The notes under the pieces: model-generated
The model's database searches: none
What the model was told of the DNA's origin: nothing
What the model saw: only the letters and a program-made list of their open reading frames with translations
Shown here: positions 20,627 to 30,327 of the stretch, in pieces
How positions within the stretch are numbered: position 1 is the first letter of the stretch
How the letters are laid out: each line of letters opens with the position of its first letter
From: Nitrososphaeria archaeon
Lineage (GTDB): Archaea > Thermoproteota > Nitrososphaeria > JACIWG01
Length of the DNA: 64,000 bases
Direction of reading: 5' to 3'
NCBI GenBank assembly: GCA_963760525.1
Contig: CAVXDT010000005.1
Span: 23,628-87,627, forward strand
Position numbers and translations under genes: made by a program

Positions 20627-21502
20627 TCAGTTCCCTCTACTATTCTTGATGCTTCCTTTTATGTTAACCAAGTACGTGCTGAATATGATCAGTGCTGAGC
20701 CTATCAGCGATTGAACCCCTAGCTCTTCGCCTAAGAGTATCCAGCCAAAGAATAATGCTATCATTGGAACGATCATGCTCGAGCTCGACAGTGAAGTGGT
20801 AATCTCTCTTTTTACTAGAAAAACCCATATGGTCATCCCAATTCCAGTTGAAGCAATACCGCAGTAGGCTATCGTTGCCATATAATTTAGGCTCCATGAT
20901 GTGAACGGTGGCTCGAAGAAGATGCCCATGACAAATGATATTAGGGTAGAAAGTGAAGTGTAAGAAAGGCTGGCAACTACAGCGTCCACATTCTGAAGTT
21001 TCACCTTATAATAGACAATGCCCACGGACCATAAAGCTGCTCCTGCTACAAGTATCAAGGCTGAAAAAGACATGATAGAGCCTAACTCTTCAAGGAAAAG
21101 GATGAGTAATCCCAAGAAACCTAATATTGTTCCGAAGACTTTCAGCAAAGACAATTTCTCGTTGAGGAAGAAAATGGCTAAGATGAGTATCCACAATGGC
21201 TGAGTGTAAGTTAGGACCGCCCCAATGCCACTACTCACAGACACAAGGCCTACAGCGGTAAAAGTGAATCCGACTGAGGTCAGTAGGCCGTAAATTAAGA
21301 GTCTCAATAACGTCTTTGAGTCTCTCGGAATTTTGGACTTGAATAAGAATAGCAATAATACGCCAAAAGCAAACGATAATATGAATCGATGGAAGTTGAA
21401 GGCGAATGGAGGCGCGTTTTCGAGTCCAACCTTCATTATGGACCAGTTCAAACTCCAAAAAAGCACCATAATCGCGAAGAGCACTTTGTTTCTCGAATTC
21501 AT
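20627..21502 (-). CDS. EamA/DMT family transporter
   Basis: 291 aa, 10 TM helices, two EamA-like halves. It is a paralogue of 29337-30218. Confidence 0.9.
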   Translation of the reverse strand: MNSRNKVLFAIMVLFWSLNWSIMKVGLENAPPFAFNFHRFILSFAFGVLLLFLFKSKIPRDSKTLLRLLIYGLLTSVGFTFTAVGLVSVSSGIGAVLTYTQPLWILILAIFFLNEKLSLLKVFGTILGFLGLLILFLEELGSIMSFSALILVAGAALWSVGIVYYKVKLQNVDAVVASLSYTSLSTLISFVMGIFFEPPFTSWSLNYMATIAYCGIASTGIGMTIWVFLVKREITTSLSSSSMIVPMIALFFGWILLGEELGVQSLIGSALIIFSTYLVNIKGSIKNSRGN

Positions 21503-21563
21503 TTAGAATACAGCCATGGGACGTTGCAAATACTAGTTATATATTGTTAAAAAACAAAGGAGT

Positions 21564-22166
21564 TTACGTTTCTTTTTCAACTGCTTTTCTTATTCGTTGA
21601 AGCTCGTTAAGCATGGCTTCGTTCACGTTCCTGTGCTCTTCAGTCCCTGCTTCAACAGCCGTTGGTGTGATTCCTTTAATAGCATCGATAACAACATCTT
21701 TAATCTCTTCAAAGTTTTTAATTCCAAAAATGTCCGCTTCAGCGGTCTTAATACCTGACCTGTCGACCCCTGAAAAACCCGCTGTCTGTATCGCCAAATG
21801 GCCTAAGCCAAAACGCCTTGATATAGGACCCTGATAGACATTGATGTTTGTTATCCGGTTGTAGGGTACAACGCTCTTGGTCTTCCACCAAACACCTTTG
21901 TCAATTACGATTCTGTCATCTTCAAGAAGATATTTCACTGAAGAAGTGAACCTCGGGATCCAATAGAGGGTGACTGCGACAATTATGGAAAATGGTATTA
22001 GCGTAAGTAGGGCAACTATCGTTCCAACAAATGGGTCAATGAAAAGCGTTAAAGAGACGACGAGCGGAATCGCCCACCATACGAAGCCGGCTGCGATCAA
22101 GCCGATCAAATATGTCAGGTAAAGCTTCTTCAACTCAGGTGCAACACCAAACTCTCTTTTAACCAT
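21564..22166 (-). CDS. bacterial-type PH domain (bPH_2/YdbS-like) membrane protein
   Basis: Two N-terminal TM helices, then DRIVIDKGVWWKTKSVVPYNRITNINVYQGPISRRFGLGHLAIQTAG. Confidence 0.8.
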   Translation of the reverse strand: MVKREFGVAPELKKLYLTYLIGLIAAGFVWWAIPLVVSLTLFIDPFVGTIVALLTLIPFSIIVAVTLYWIPRFTSSVKYLLEDDRIVIDKGVWWKTKSVVPYNRITNINVYQGPISRRFGLGHLAIQTAGFSGVDRSGIKTAEADIFGIKNFEEIKDVVIDAIKGITPTAVEAGTEEHRNVNEAMLNELQRIRKAVEKET

Positions 22167-22431
22167 GAATAACACATCCTCTAATATTCGAATCGCTTCA
22201 ATGCCAAATTTAGCTTATAAGGTTTTCCAGAGAATTAATCTTACAGTTATCCGTTTTTGCCTTTTTTTCTTCTTTTATTGAAGCTATCTCTGGGCTTGAT
22301 GTCCTTCTTATATCTAATATATTTTCGCATTAACGTCGCTCCCTCATGCTTTTATATATACTTATTTCTCCCTCTAAGCACGTCTGCATGGCATCTTATC
22401 TCTCCCAAACGACGGTTTCACTGGAACGTTA

Positions 22432-22551
22432 CTACTTCACGTATTTCTCTGGGCTTCTGTCAAACTTCTGTTTGCACATGGGAGCGCAGAAGTAGTATGT
22501 TTTCCCCTTATGTTCTGACTTCCACTTCGCAGTCTTTTCATTTACTTCCAT
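22432..22551 (-). CDS. YHS/TRASH-type small metal-binding protein (39 aa, below the ORF-track cutoff)
   Basis: Translation is MEVNEKTAKWKSEHKGKTYYFCAPMCKQKFDRSPEKYVK. The YYFC..xC...F...PekY pattern is typical of YHS domains. Confidence 0.6.
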   Translation of the reverse strand: MEVNEKTAKWKSEHKGKTYYFCAPMCKQKFDRSPEKYVK

Positions 22552-22682
22552 TTTACAGACTAAGTCCAAAACCATTTTCCTTCATTATTAACAGAGTGTA
22601 TGAGGATTATTTATCTTTTATCTTAAGCAACGATCGTTATAAACGATAACTAAAATATCATATGATTTGAAAATTTGTTTTA

Positions 22683-23747
22683 TCACATGGTTCGTGCCTT
22701 CTGGTAGGCAAAGGCTATTCCTTCATTGGTTACTGCTCCTATTACTTTACTGGGTTCTTCCCTTGAAACCACAGCTAGAAGGTCGAGCTTCTCGCGCTGC
22801 ATAATCTTATACGCTTCAAGGACTGATTCATCAGGATAAATGGAGATTAACTTAGATGGCAGTTGTCCAAGTACGAGTTCCTTTCTTTGCTCTGGCTTAA
22901 TTTTTATGATCTCTTTCCAAGCTACGATTCCTTTGAAGATGTCACCTTCTACAATTAGTATATCATGATATCGTGCCCTGAACATTATTTCCAATGCTTC
23001 GAAAAGCGTTGTTTCGGGTTTTGCGAAAGCCACTTCAGTATACATTACGTCTTTTACGCTGATCTGGGCGATGGTGGTCGAGACTAATGTCGACTCATTC
23101 TCCTCAGATGCTCCCACATATATGAAAAAACCTATTATCATCAGCCATAAATTTGAAAGACCTCCAAAAACAACCATTCCCATTCCCAGAATCCTACCGA
23201 TAAAAGCAGCATCTCTTGTCGCATCTGAAAATTTCATTCGTTCTGCAAGCAAAGCCCTCAGAACCCTTCCTCCGTCCATTGGAAAAGCTGGAATAAGGTT
23301 AAAGAGGGCAAGAAACAAGTTGAGTCCTCCAAGGTCAAAAAGCACGTTACCCGTTGGGTTTTGGTTAAGTAAGAAAGTCCATAGAGAAGACAGTGTTGAA
23401 GGGGTTAGTGATAGTGTCAAGAGCGCTGTGCCAATGGCCAGACTTGTCAGCGGTCCAGAGATAGCCATACGCCATTCCACTCTCGGTTTATCAGGTATAT
23501 CTTCGATCTGTGATGTTCCTCCTATGGGGTAAAGAATTATTTTACGCACTCCAATTCCGTAGTGTCTAGCGACAACCGAGTGTGAAATTTCGTGAGCAAC
23601 TACCGAGACGAAAAGAAGAACCATCAACAATAGCGGGTAGAGATCAGGATATGAGAAAATAAACACAAAAGCCATTAGCAAAACAAAAGTTATATGAAGC
23701 TCCAGAGGAATTCCGAACAAAGAGCCGATTCTGAAAGAATATTTCAT
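22683..23747 (-). CDS. site-2 protease (M50 family) with C-terminal CBS pair
   Basis: HEISH zinc motif, NLIPAFPMDGGRVLRA motif, then two CBS-like repeats. The start is placed at MKYSFRIGSLFGIPLELH. Confidence 0.9.
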   Translation of the reverse strand: MKYSFRIGSLFGIPLELHITFVLLMAFVFIFSYPDLYPLLLMVLLFVSVVAHEISHSVVARHYGIGVRKIILYPIGGTSQIEDIPDKPRVEWRMAISGPLTSLAIGTALLTLSLTPSTLSSLWTFLLNQNPTGNVLFDLGGLNLFLALFNLIPAFPMDGGRVLRALLAERMKFSDATRDAAFIGRILGMGMVVFGGLSNLWLMIIGFFIYVGASEENESTLVSTTIAQISVKDVMYTEVAFAKPETTLFEALEIMFRARYHDILIVEGDIFKGIVAWKEIIKIKPEQRKELVLGQLPSKLISIYPDESVLEAYKIMQREKLDLLAVVSREEPSKVIGAVTNEGIAFAYQKARTM

Positions 23748-23924
23748 GGATAGGAAAAGACTAAACCCTAGTTTTAAACTTTTGGACAAATGACCCAATA
23801 GTCATTGCTTTTGTTATGTTCTAACTTAGAACGCTTATTGAAGGTTGAACGCTTATGGGTATGAAATCAATTCTTAGCCATGTCTTAAGAACAATCAGGG
23901 GCTTATCAAAATTGAGCCGGGAAA

Positions 23925-25031
23925 TTAAGTCTGCTTCCTTCTTGTCATTATGAGTGCAAGAATTATCACAATTCCAATTATAGTTATGATCAGAATAAGC
24001 TCGATTGACCCAACTTGGCCGGGGGAAGTCAGGGTAGTCGTGTAGGTGGTTGTTGAAGTCTGAGTCATTGTTGAAGTCTGAGTCATTGTTGAAGTCTGAG
24101 TCATTGTTGAAGTCTGAGTCATTGTCGAAGTTGTAGTAGAAGTAGTTGTGATGGAAGCGGTTGTAGTTTTGGTTGTTGTTGAGGTTACAGTAGGTCCTGG
24201 AACAGTGGATGTCATGGTTGTTGTTGAAGTTGTTGTAGACGTGGATGTCGGCATATTATGAAGGTAGTTCACTGTGAAACTGGATCCATCTGACGTGGGG
24301 TCTGAAATAGCGACCAAAGTCGTATTCGTCTCATCCATCATTAGCACTCTTGTGAAAGGAAAGCTGCTGATTGTTCCGGCGACGTTATTTACTACGGCAT
24401 TTGCGTCGGTGATGGTCACAGCTCCAAAGTCCGCTAGAGAGGTGAGCGAATTGTTCACTGTGGGTCTCTCAACAATCCATTCGGCGGACAACATAGAGGA
24501 GCGATAGCGTATGCTTGTCTGAAACGTTTGCCCTGTTGTAACATCTGCTATTACTATTGACCATCCATCTATTGCAGGATTAGCGAGGTATATTGAAGCC
24601 GATATTTTGTCGCCTGAGGAGACGTCTAGTCTGCCTATCGTCCTAGAATATTGAGGCAGCACCTCGAACCAGGCGGAATAAACTTCTTGTCCTCCTACAT
24701 AGTCCTGTTCAGTACCGGTCTGGATTAGCGTTCGGTCAAAATATCCGCCTATTCCAATCCACATAGCAGAAAAAGTGTCGTTTTGGGAAATGTTCACTCT
24801 GGGAACGACCCAGGAGCCTGTAACGTTGACTACTACAGGCTGTGGGTTACTGTTGTCTGAAACGACGACATAACCTCCCCAATCCAAGCTTGGAACATCA
24901 GTAATCTGCTGTAATAGGATTGGAGATAGATTGGAAGATGATGTTGCAGATGGAATAGGAACAATTAGTAAGAATGATGATAGTATGATAACTGAAGTCC
25001 ATAGACTTCTACTCGGATTTCCATAACACAA
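23925..25031 (-). CDS. secreted G1-family (eqolisin-like) glutamic peptidase with Thr-rich stalk and C-terminal anchor
   Basis: Motifs: SAMWIGIGGY, LIQTGTE (candidate catalytic Gln), YSAWFEVLP (candidate catalytic Glu), SSGDKISASI, SAEWIVERP, LADFGAVTITDA. The stalk contains (MTQTST)x4. The tail is PGQVGSIELILIITIIGIVIILALIMTRRKQT. Confidence 0.7.
   Translation of the reverse strand: MCYGNPSRSLWTSVIILSSFLLIVPIPSATSSSNLSPILLQQITDVPSLDWGGYVVVSDNSNPQPVVVNVTGSWVVPRVNISQNDTFSAMWIGIGGYFDRTLIQTGTEQDYVGGQEVYSAWFEVLPQYSRTIGRLDVSSGDKISASIYLANPAIDGWSIVIADVTTGQTFQTSIRYRSSMLSAEWIVERPTVNNSLTSLADFGAVTITDANAVVNNVAGTISSFPFTRVLMMDETNTTLVAISDPTSDGSSFTVNYLHNMPTSTSTTTSTTTMTSTVPGPTVTSTTTKTTTASITTTSTTTSTMTQTSTMTQTSTMTQTSTMTQTSTTTYTTTLTSPGQVGSIELILIITIIGIVIILALIMTRRKQT
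24050..24121. repeat. perfect 18-bp tandem repeat x4 inside the peptidase stalk
   Basis: tgttgaagtctgagtcat repeated four times. It encodes (MTQTST)n on the minus strand. Confidence 0.9.
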
Positions 25032-25189
25032 TATTATTCCCCTACATGTTAGCAGATGATGCTTGATATAAACTGTTCACCTTGACAGTGAGCGAAGGCT
25101 ATGCTTTTTTTCATAAACACGCGAGGGTTTAAGGTGAATCCAACGTTTATATCCCAGATAAAAATGCTTGCGTTCAAGAGGTCCAATTA

Positions 25190-26138
25190 ATGGAGTTAGC
25201 TATAGAAACCAGCGGCCTGACAAAGAGGTACGGCTCACTAACCGCAGTGAATAAGCTTGACTTGAAGGTCGAACAGAAATACGATCCACGGTTTTCTAGG
25301 CCCTAACGGGGCTGGGAAAACTACGACAATGAAGGTTTTGGTGGGATTGTTGAAGCCCGACGAGGGGGCTGTTAGAATCCTAGGGCAGGAGATGCGCGGG
25401 GACCAGCCAGATATTAGACTGCGGATGGGTTACATGCCTGAACTCCCAAAGTTCCCCAAACACTTGAAGGGGTGGGAACTTTTAGATATTTATGGAAGAA
25501 TGTATGGAATGACTGAGCAAGAGCGTAGAGAGCAGATACCCAAGCTTCTGAAAATTGTCGGACTCAAGGGCAGGGAAAGAGACCTTGTTGGAAAGTACAG
25601 CAAGGGGATGCAACAACGTATAGGTATCGCACAAGCTTTGCTGGATGAGCCTGAACTGGTCATATTGGACGAGCCAAGCATAGGTTTAGACCCCGTTGGC
25701 ATGGTTGAAGTTAGAGAGTTAGTAAAAGAAATCGTGAAGAAAGGCGTGACCGTTTTCATCTCCTCTCACCTTCTGTTTGAGATTGAACAGATTTGCAGCC
25801 ACGTTACCATCATCAATCGTGGAACATCCTTGGTCTCAGGCACCATTCAAAACGTTTCCAGCATGATTTCTGGACCGTCCACTTTGCAGGCGGAGGTGGT
25901 TAAGCTCTCTGACGCGATCGTTGAAAACGTGAAGAAGCTACCATTTGTCTCTAACACGTCGCAAGACGGCAACGTGTTAAGTGTCGAGTTGAAAACAAGG
26001 GATGATGTCAGGTCACAGGTCTCCCAGGAAATAACAAGATCTGGAGGAATCATCGTTTCCATGAGTTTGAAGGGACAGAATCTTGAGGAAGTCTTCATGC
26101 AGCTCGTCGCTAAATCGCAAGGAGGTAAGGCAGAATGA
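25190..26138 (+). CDS. ABC transporter ATP-binding protein (ABC-2 type), frameshift near 25275
   Basis: The N-terminus MELAIETSGLTKRYGSLTAVNKLDLKVEQ is in one frame. Walker [11 protein letters not shown], the signature YSKGMQQRIG and Walker B LVILDEPS are in the next. The break is at CAGAAATAC. Confidence 0.85.
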
Positions 26139-27100
26139 GCGCCGTTAGGAGTAGGAATGCCAGAGCAAATCCGAGCTGGACGACTCGTTTCTGGGCAATT
26201 GTGAGATACGAGCTTCTCTGGAATATTCGAAAGAAGAAGTTTCTGGGCCTGATCATTGTCGCGTTTGCCTTAGCTACCCTAGGTTTAGCTTTACCAGCGA
26301 TTCTAAGCAACATGGTAGGTCAGTCGCTTGGCCAGAACCCCGACTATGCGACCAACTCCGGCACTGGTGCCTTTGGTTTCTTTCTTTTCGCACTCGTAAT
26401 AGCTATGAACAGCATCTCAGGCGAGTTTGAGAGTGGCACAATTGTCCCACTGTTGACGAAGCCTGTATCCAGAACACTGGTTTTCCTCGGCAAGCTATTT
26501 ACAGCTTTCATCATTCTTCTATCGACATACACTATTCTCTTTCTTTACACGACTATCGGTGGAACAATCGTGTATGGCCCTCAAAACAACCTTCAACTTG
26601 TTCCCCTCGTATTATTAGGGGATGTTATCAGCACTCTTGTTTGGGTGGCCATAGTTTTGGCGATAGGCTCCATTTCTAAGAGCTCGCTACTGGCGGCTCT
26701 TGGAGCTTTTGGCATTTTCATGGCCCTGTTAATAAGCGCCCCAATTGTCTCAGCGTTTTCAGATCAAGCGTGGACTCTCAACTATATTCCGGGAAATGGG
26801 GCTTCAGGAACTTTGCGGAGCATTAGTCAGGTAAACCAGACACGTGTAATAACTGAAACCATATCAACTGGAACGAACAACATTGGCACAAACTTGATCG
26901 CTTACATTCTTAATCCTTCGGCCAATGTAACATTCTATAAGTTGGAGATTCAGCGTCCTTCCAACATAAGCCAAATACTATTGTATACTGAACCGCTTTC
27001 TCTTGTCGTCTTTAGAACGGTCGCAGTAGCCTTGATCTACATCATTGCGTTCACGTTTTTAGCATTGTATGCCTTCAAACGAGCACAAGTGGCGGAATAG
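26135..27100 (+). CDS. ABC-2 type transporter permease
   Basis: 321 aa, multi-TM. Its start overlaps the ATPase stop (ATGA). Confidence 0.75.
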   Translation: MSAVRSRNARANPSWTTRFWAIVRYELLWNIRKKKFLGLIIVAFALATLGLALPAILSNMVGQSLGQNPDYATNSGTGAFGFFLFALVIAMNSISGEFESGTIVPLLTKPVSRTLVFLGKLFTAFIILLSTYTILFLYTTIGGTIVYGPQNNLQLVPLVLLGDVISTLVWVAIVLAIGSISKSSLLAALGAFGIFMALLISAPIVSAFSDQAWTLNYIPGNGASGTLRSISQVNQTRVITETISTGTNNIGTNLIAYILNPSANVTFYKLEIQRPSNISQILLYTEPLSLVVFRTVAVALIYIIAFTFLALYAFKRAQVAE

Positions 27101-27304
27101 CGTAGACATCCCATAGAACAGTAAGAATCATAGAATTGTGTAGGTTCCAATTCTCCCTATAATATTTGTGTTGTTGCAATCGCGAAAATTCTTGGATTTC
27201 TTAAGACGTTAAAAGGAGAGAGGAAGTTGTAGCAAATATTTAATCATATAGAAAACAAGCGACTTGATGGCTTTCCTTAATCTGTTTGAGAAACGGCTTG
27301 ACAT

Positions 27305-27568
27305 TTGAGCATTTATCAAATGCGTATGGAAATTGATGCTAGGCTTCGAGATTACGTGTTAGACATCACTAAGATCGTCATCAGGGTATTAGTTCTAGCG
27401 ATTATTGGGATGGGCCTCATCTTAATTGGAATTTTGTTCCTTTGCATGGCGATGGTCAATTACATATCCATCTATCTTCCTTCATGGTTAGCCTGGTTGT
27501 GAGCTGGATTTATGATCTTCTTCGTCAATTTTGTTATTTCCATATTATCATTGGAAAGAAAAAGGTGA
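27305..27568 (+). pseudogene. small two-helix membrane protein with an in-frame TGA at 27500
   Basis: The first helix (VLVLAIIGMGLILIGILFLCMAMV) ends in YLPSWLAWL-TGA. The same frame then encodes AGFMIFFVNFVISILSLERKR-stop. Confidence 0.35.
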
Positions 27569-27825
27569 CCCGAGAAACATCTGTATCTTATCGGGATGAT
27601 CTTATTAGCGTTGGATTTTTTTATTATCTTTTAATATGCATAAAAAAGGGGAGTTTCAAGATTTCTATGGCTGCCCGCATGTTAAAGCGGATTCAAAATC
27701 AGGAAATGCACAAAAAAGATGTTCTAAACATAAAAAATAGGTGTAACCCATTTCGATGGAACAGATTCCAATGGAGAAAATGGGAAATTATGCAACGATT
27801 CGATTGACAGATTCCTTGATCATTC

Positions 27826-28218
27826 TTACTTCTTGGCATGTTTGCTTAGGTATTCACCTATTTGTGCTGTTTCTTTAGCGAAGGTCTCGTAGGAGTAGTT
27901 TTGGGCGTGAATCATAGCGCTCCACCTGGAGGTGTAGCTGGCTAGGAACGCAATCTCGGCAAATTCCTCTGGTGTGGCTCCATACAGTTGGGCTGCGCTC
28001 TTGTGGAAGAGTTGGCAATACGGACATTTTATGTTAGCTGCTACCGACAACCCCATGAGCTCCCTATACTTTGCGGGTATCTTGCTCTCTCCGAGAACGT
28101 ATTTTTTGAAAAGAGGCCAATCGTGATTAAGGACATCCTGTGGCAGTCCTTTCATGAAGCCTGGGACAATTCCGAGGCTTTTCTCAATATCTTTTAACGT
28201 ATCTTCATATTCGTTCAT
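27826..28218 (-). CDS. carboxymuconolactone decarboxylase (AhpD-like) family protein
   Basis: 130 aa with a KCPYCQLFH CxxC motif in a CMD-type helical context. Confidence 0.85.
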   Translation of the reverse strand: MNEYEDTLKDIEKSLGIVPGFMKGLPQDVLNHDWPLFKKYVLGESKIPAKYRELMGLSVAANIKCPYCQLFHKSAAQLYGATPEEFAEIAFLASYTSRWSAMIHAQNYSYETFAKETAQIGEYLSKHAKK

Positions 28219-28913
28219 TTATTTCGAAAATAAAAGGAACAATCATTCACTTAAATCTTTCCAGTTAATAAAAAAAATTAATAAATATCTTCTATTTTAA
28301 ACGCACCAAGTCATACATTAGCCACTAGCAACTAGCTCCTTGGCATTAGCATTAGCGAAGATCTTCGGGAAAGTCTTATATGTGGAGTCTAGAGTACGTT
28401 ACATCTAGAAGAAAATCTTAGTTTCTATTTGATCTTTATTACAGCTTTAACATCAATTATTTCCTTTTGGCCAATTGCTCATACTAGGAAGAATATTCTT
28501 TCTTCGACGGGTTTGCCTTACAAATTTTTTTCTATGGTTTGATGTCTTTTAAGGTGTCTTTATATTCGTCCATTTATCTTACCTCCACTCCTATCATCTA
28601 GCTTTTCTATATAGTAATTGAGGAGTAACACCTGTTACCTACCATCTGGAAACAGCCCTAAATATTCATAATCTGTTGACTGACAAGTTGATAGATGAGG
28701 TAAAGGGGTTCTGATTATGGAAGATATTATAGTAGTTGATGACCTGCGCTTCTGATTTAAAGCGATTTCTCGAGGATAAAAGAAATGTTGTGTATTTCTT
28801 AATGACAGTAGCCCCTTGATAACGCTTTTCATTTCTATACGTTATCTCCAAAAATGCTGGATTCACAAATACCCTTTCTAATTATTTTCTTGGATACTAA
28901 TCCTCCCAATATC

Positions 28914-29090
28914 CTAACTTACTTTAACATACAAAAGTAGTGGAAGACAAGAGGCTGAAGGCTTCTGGCGGATGACATCTCCCACATAATATGGTCGTAG
29001 GTCTCTTCCGCATTCTGGGCAAAAGTTTACCCTGGTAAGATTCAACGATTCCACTGAGGTTCCACAGTTGGGGCAGAACTTTATTTTCAT
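28914..29090 (-). CDS. small zinc-ribbon protein
   Basis: MKIKFCPNCGTSVES...NFCPECGRDL double CxxC. The surrounding region is AT-rich and the signal is weak. Confidence 0.35.
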   Translation of the reverse strand: MKIKFCPNCGTSVESLNLTRVNFCPECGRDLRPYYVGDVIRQKPSASCLPLLLYVKVS

Positions 29091-29336
29091 AAGGATCAAA
29101 TTGTATGTGTGTATGAAACTTGTTATTTAAGCTTACTAGAACAAACAAATTATCCTGTATTATGTCCCATGGAAAGGGAGTCCTGTTCTTCTTCCACCTT
29201 CCTTGATCAACTTTTTGAAAAGCGCATTTGCTTCAAGTGCCCAATCGAACCCGAATGGTACATTAAAGTGAGTGTGGGATCGATCTGATTTGATTTATAT
29301 AATTGAGAATTGTTTCACCTGAGGACGGTGTGTAAT

Positions 29337-30218
29337 ATGGATCACAGGAACAAGATACTCTTTTCTGTCATGGTACTTACGTGGGGCTTGAACTGGTCCG
29401 TCATGAAGATGGGTCTGGGAGACGCGCCTCCTTTCGCATTCACCTTCCACCGGTACCTGGCATCGTTTCTCTTTGGCCTAATACTATTGTTTCTATTCAA
29501 ACCGAAAATTCCCAGAGACTTTGATACAATAAAGAAACTCCTAATCTATGGCTCACTTACTGCGGTCGCATTCACTCTCAACACTGTAGGACTCGTGTCA
29601 CAGTCAAGCGGTGTAGGAGCTGTGCTTACAGCTTCCTCACCCATATGGATATTGATCTTGGCTGTCTTCTTCCTCGACGAGCATTTGTCGCCAGTAAAGA
29701 CAGTTGGCACAATCGTAGGATTCGTCGGAATAACCATCCTGTTCCTTGGTGAACTAGGATCGATCGCATCATTTTCGTCCCTGATTCTTGTACTAGGTAC
29801 TGTCTTTTGGTCTGTCGCAAGCGTCTACGGTAAGATTAAACTGAAGAATGTGGATGCGATAACAGCTAATCTTTCGCTCATGTCTCTTACTGCCTTAATA
29901 GGGCTTGTTCTAAGCAGCCTCTTCGAGCCACCATTCACATCATGGAGCTTAAGCTACTTGGGAATAGTAGCATACTCTGGCATCTGCGCTACTGGGATCG
30001 GGATGACCATTTGGGTGACTCTCCTAAGAAGCGAAAACACAACCACTTTGTCCAGCTTGACCCTAGTCGTTCCCATGTTAGCCTTGTTCATCGGATGGCT
30101 CATCCTCGGCGAGAAGCTAGGCCAACAAATCTTAGTGGGCTCAGCGTTGGTAATCGCGAGCACCTATCTAGCTAACCGAAGTGTTAAATCTAAGAACGGT
30201 AAATCCTTGATAGGCTAA
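29337..30218 (+). CDS. EamA/DMT family transporter (paralogue of 20627-21502)
   Basis: Roughly half of positions are identical to the other copy by eye along the whole length (NWSVMKMGLGDAPPFAFTFHR vs NWSIMKVGLENAPPFAFNFHR). The ATG is at 29337. Confidence 0.9.
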   Translation: MDHRNKILFSVMVLTWGLNWSVMKMGLGDAPPFAFTFHRYLASFLFGLILLFLFKPKIPRDFDTIKKLLIYGSLTAVAFTLNTVGLVSQSSGVGAVLTASSPIWILILAVFFLDEHLSPVKTVGTIVGFVGITILFLGELGSIASFSSLILVLGTVFWSVASVYGKIKLKNVDAITANLSLMSLTALIGLVLSSLFEPPFTSWSLSYLGIVAYSGICATGIGMTIWVTLLRSENTTTLSSLTLVVPMLALFIGWLILGEKLGQQILVGSALVIASTYLANRSVKSKNGKSLIG

Positions 30219-30327
30219 GTACCATTTCTTATTAAGAGACATCAAACCATTTTCCTTCATTTTGAAAAATTCGCAAAAGTAATATTCATACTTTGTCTTA
30301 ACCCCTTTTGAAATTGTTTGGATTTGT

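Noticed and set aside
22257-22649. 130-aa plus-strand ORF in the intergenic region downstream of the PH-domain gene
   Set aside because: It is Leu/Phe/Ser-rich and implausible. The minus strand contains a well-formed YHS-type small ORF instead.
24050-24121. Possible CRISPR array (regular short repeats), and likewise the 49397-49526 array
   Set aside because: The 18-bp units are head-to-tail with no spacers and lie inside a coding stalk. The 49.4-kb boxes are 8 bp with 3-5 bp gaps, far below CRISPR repeat and spacer sizes. No cas genes are present.
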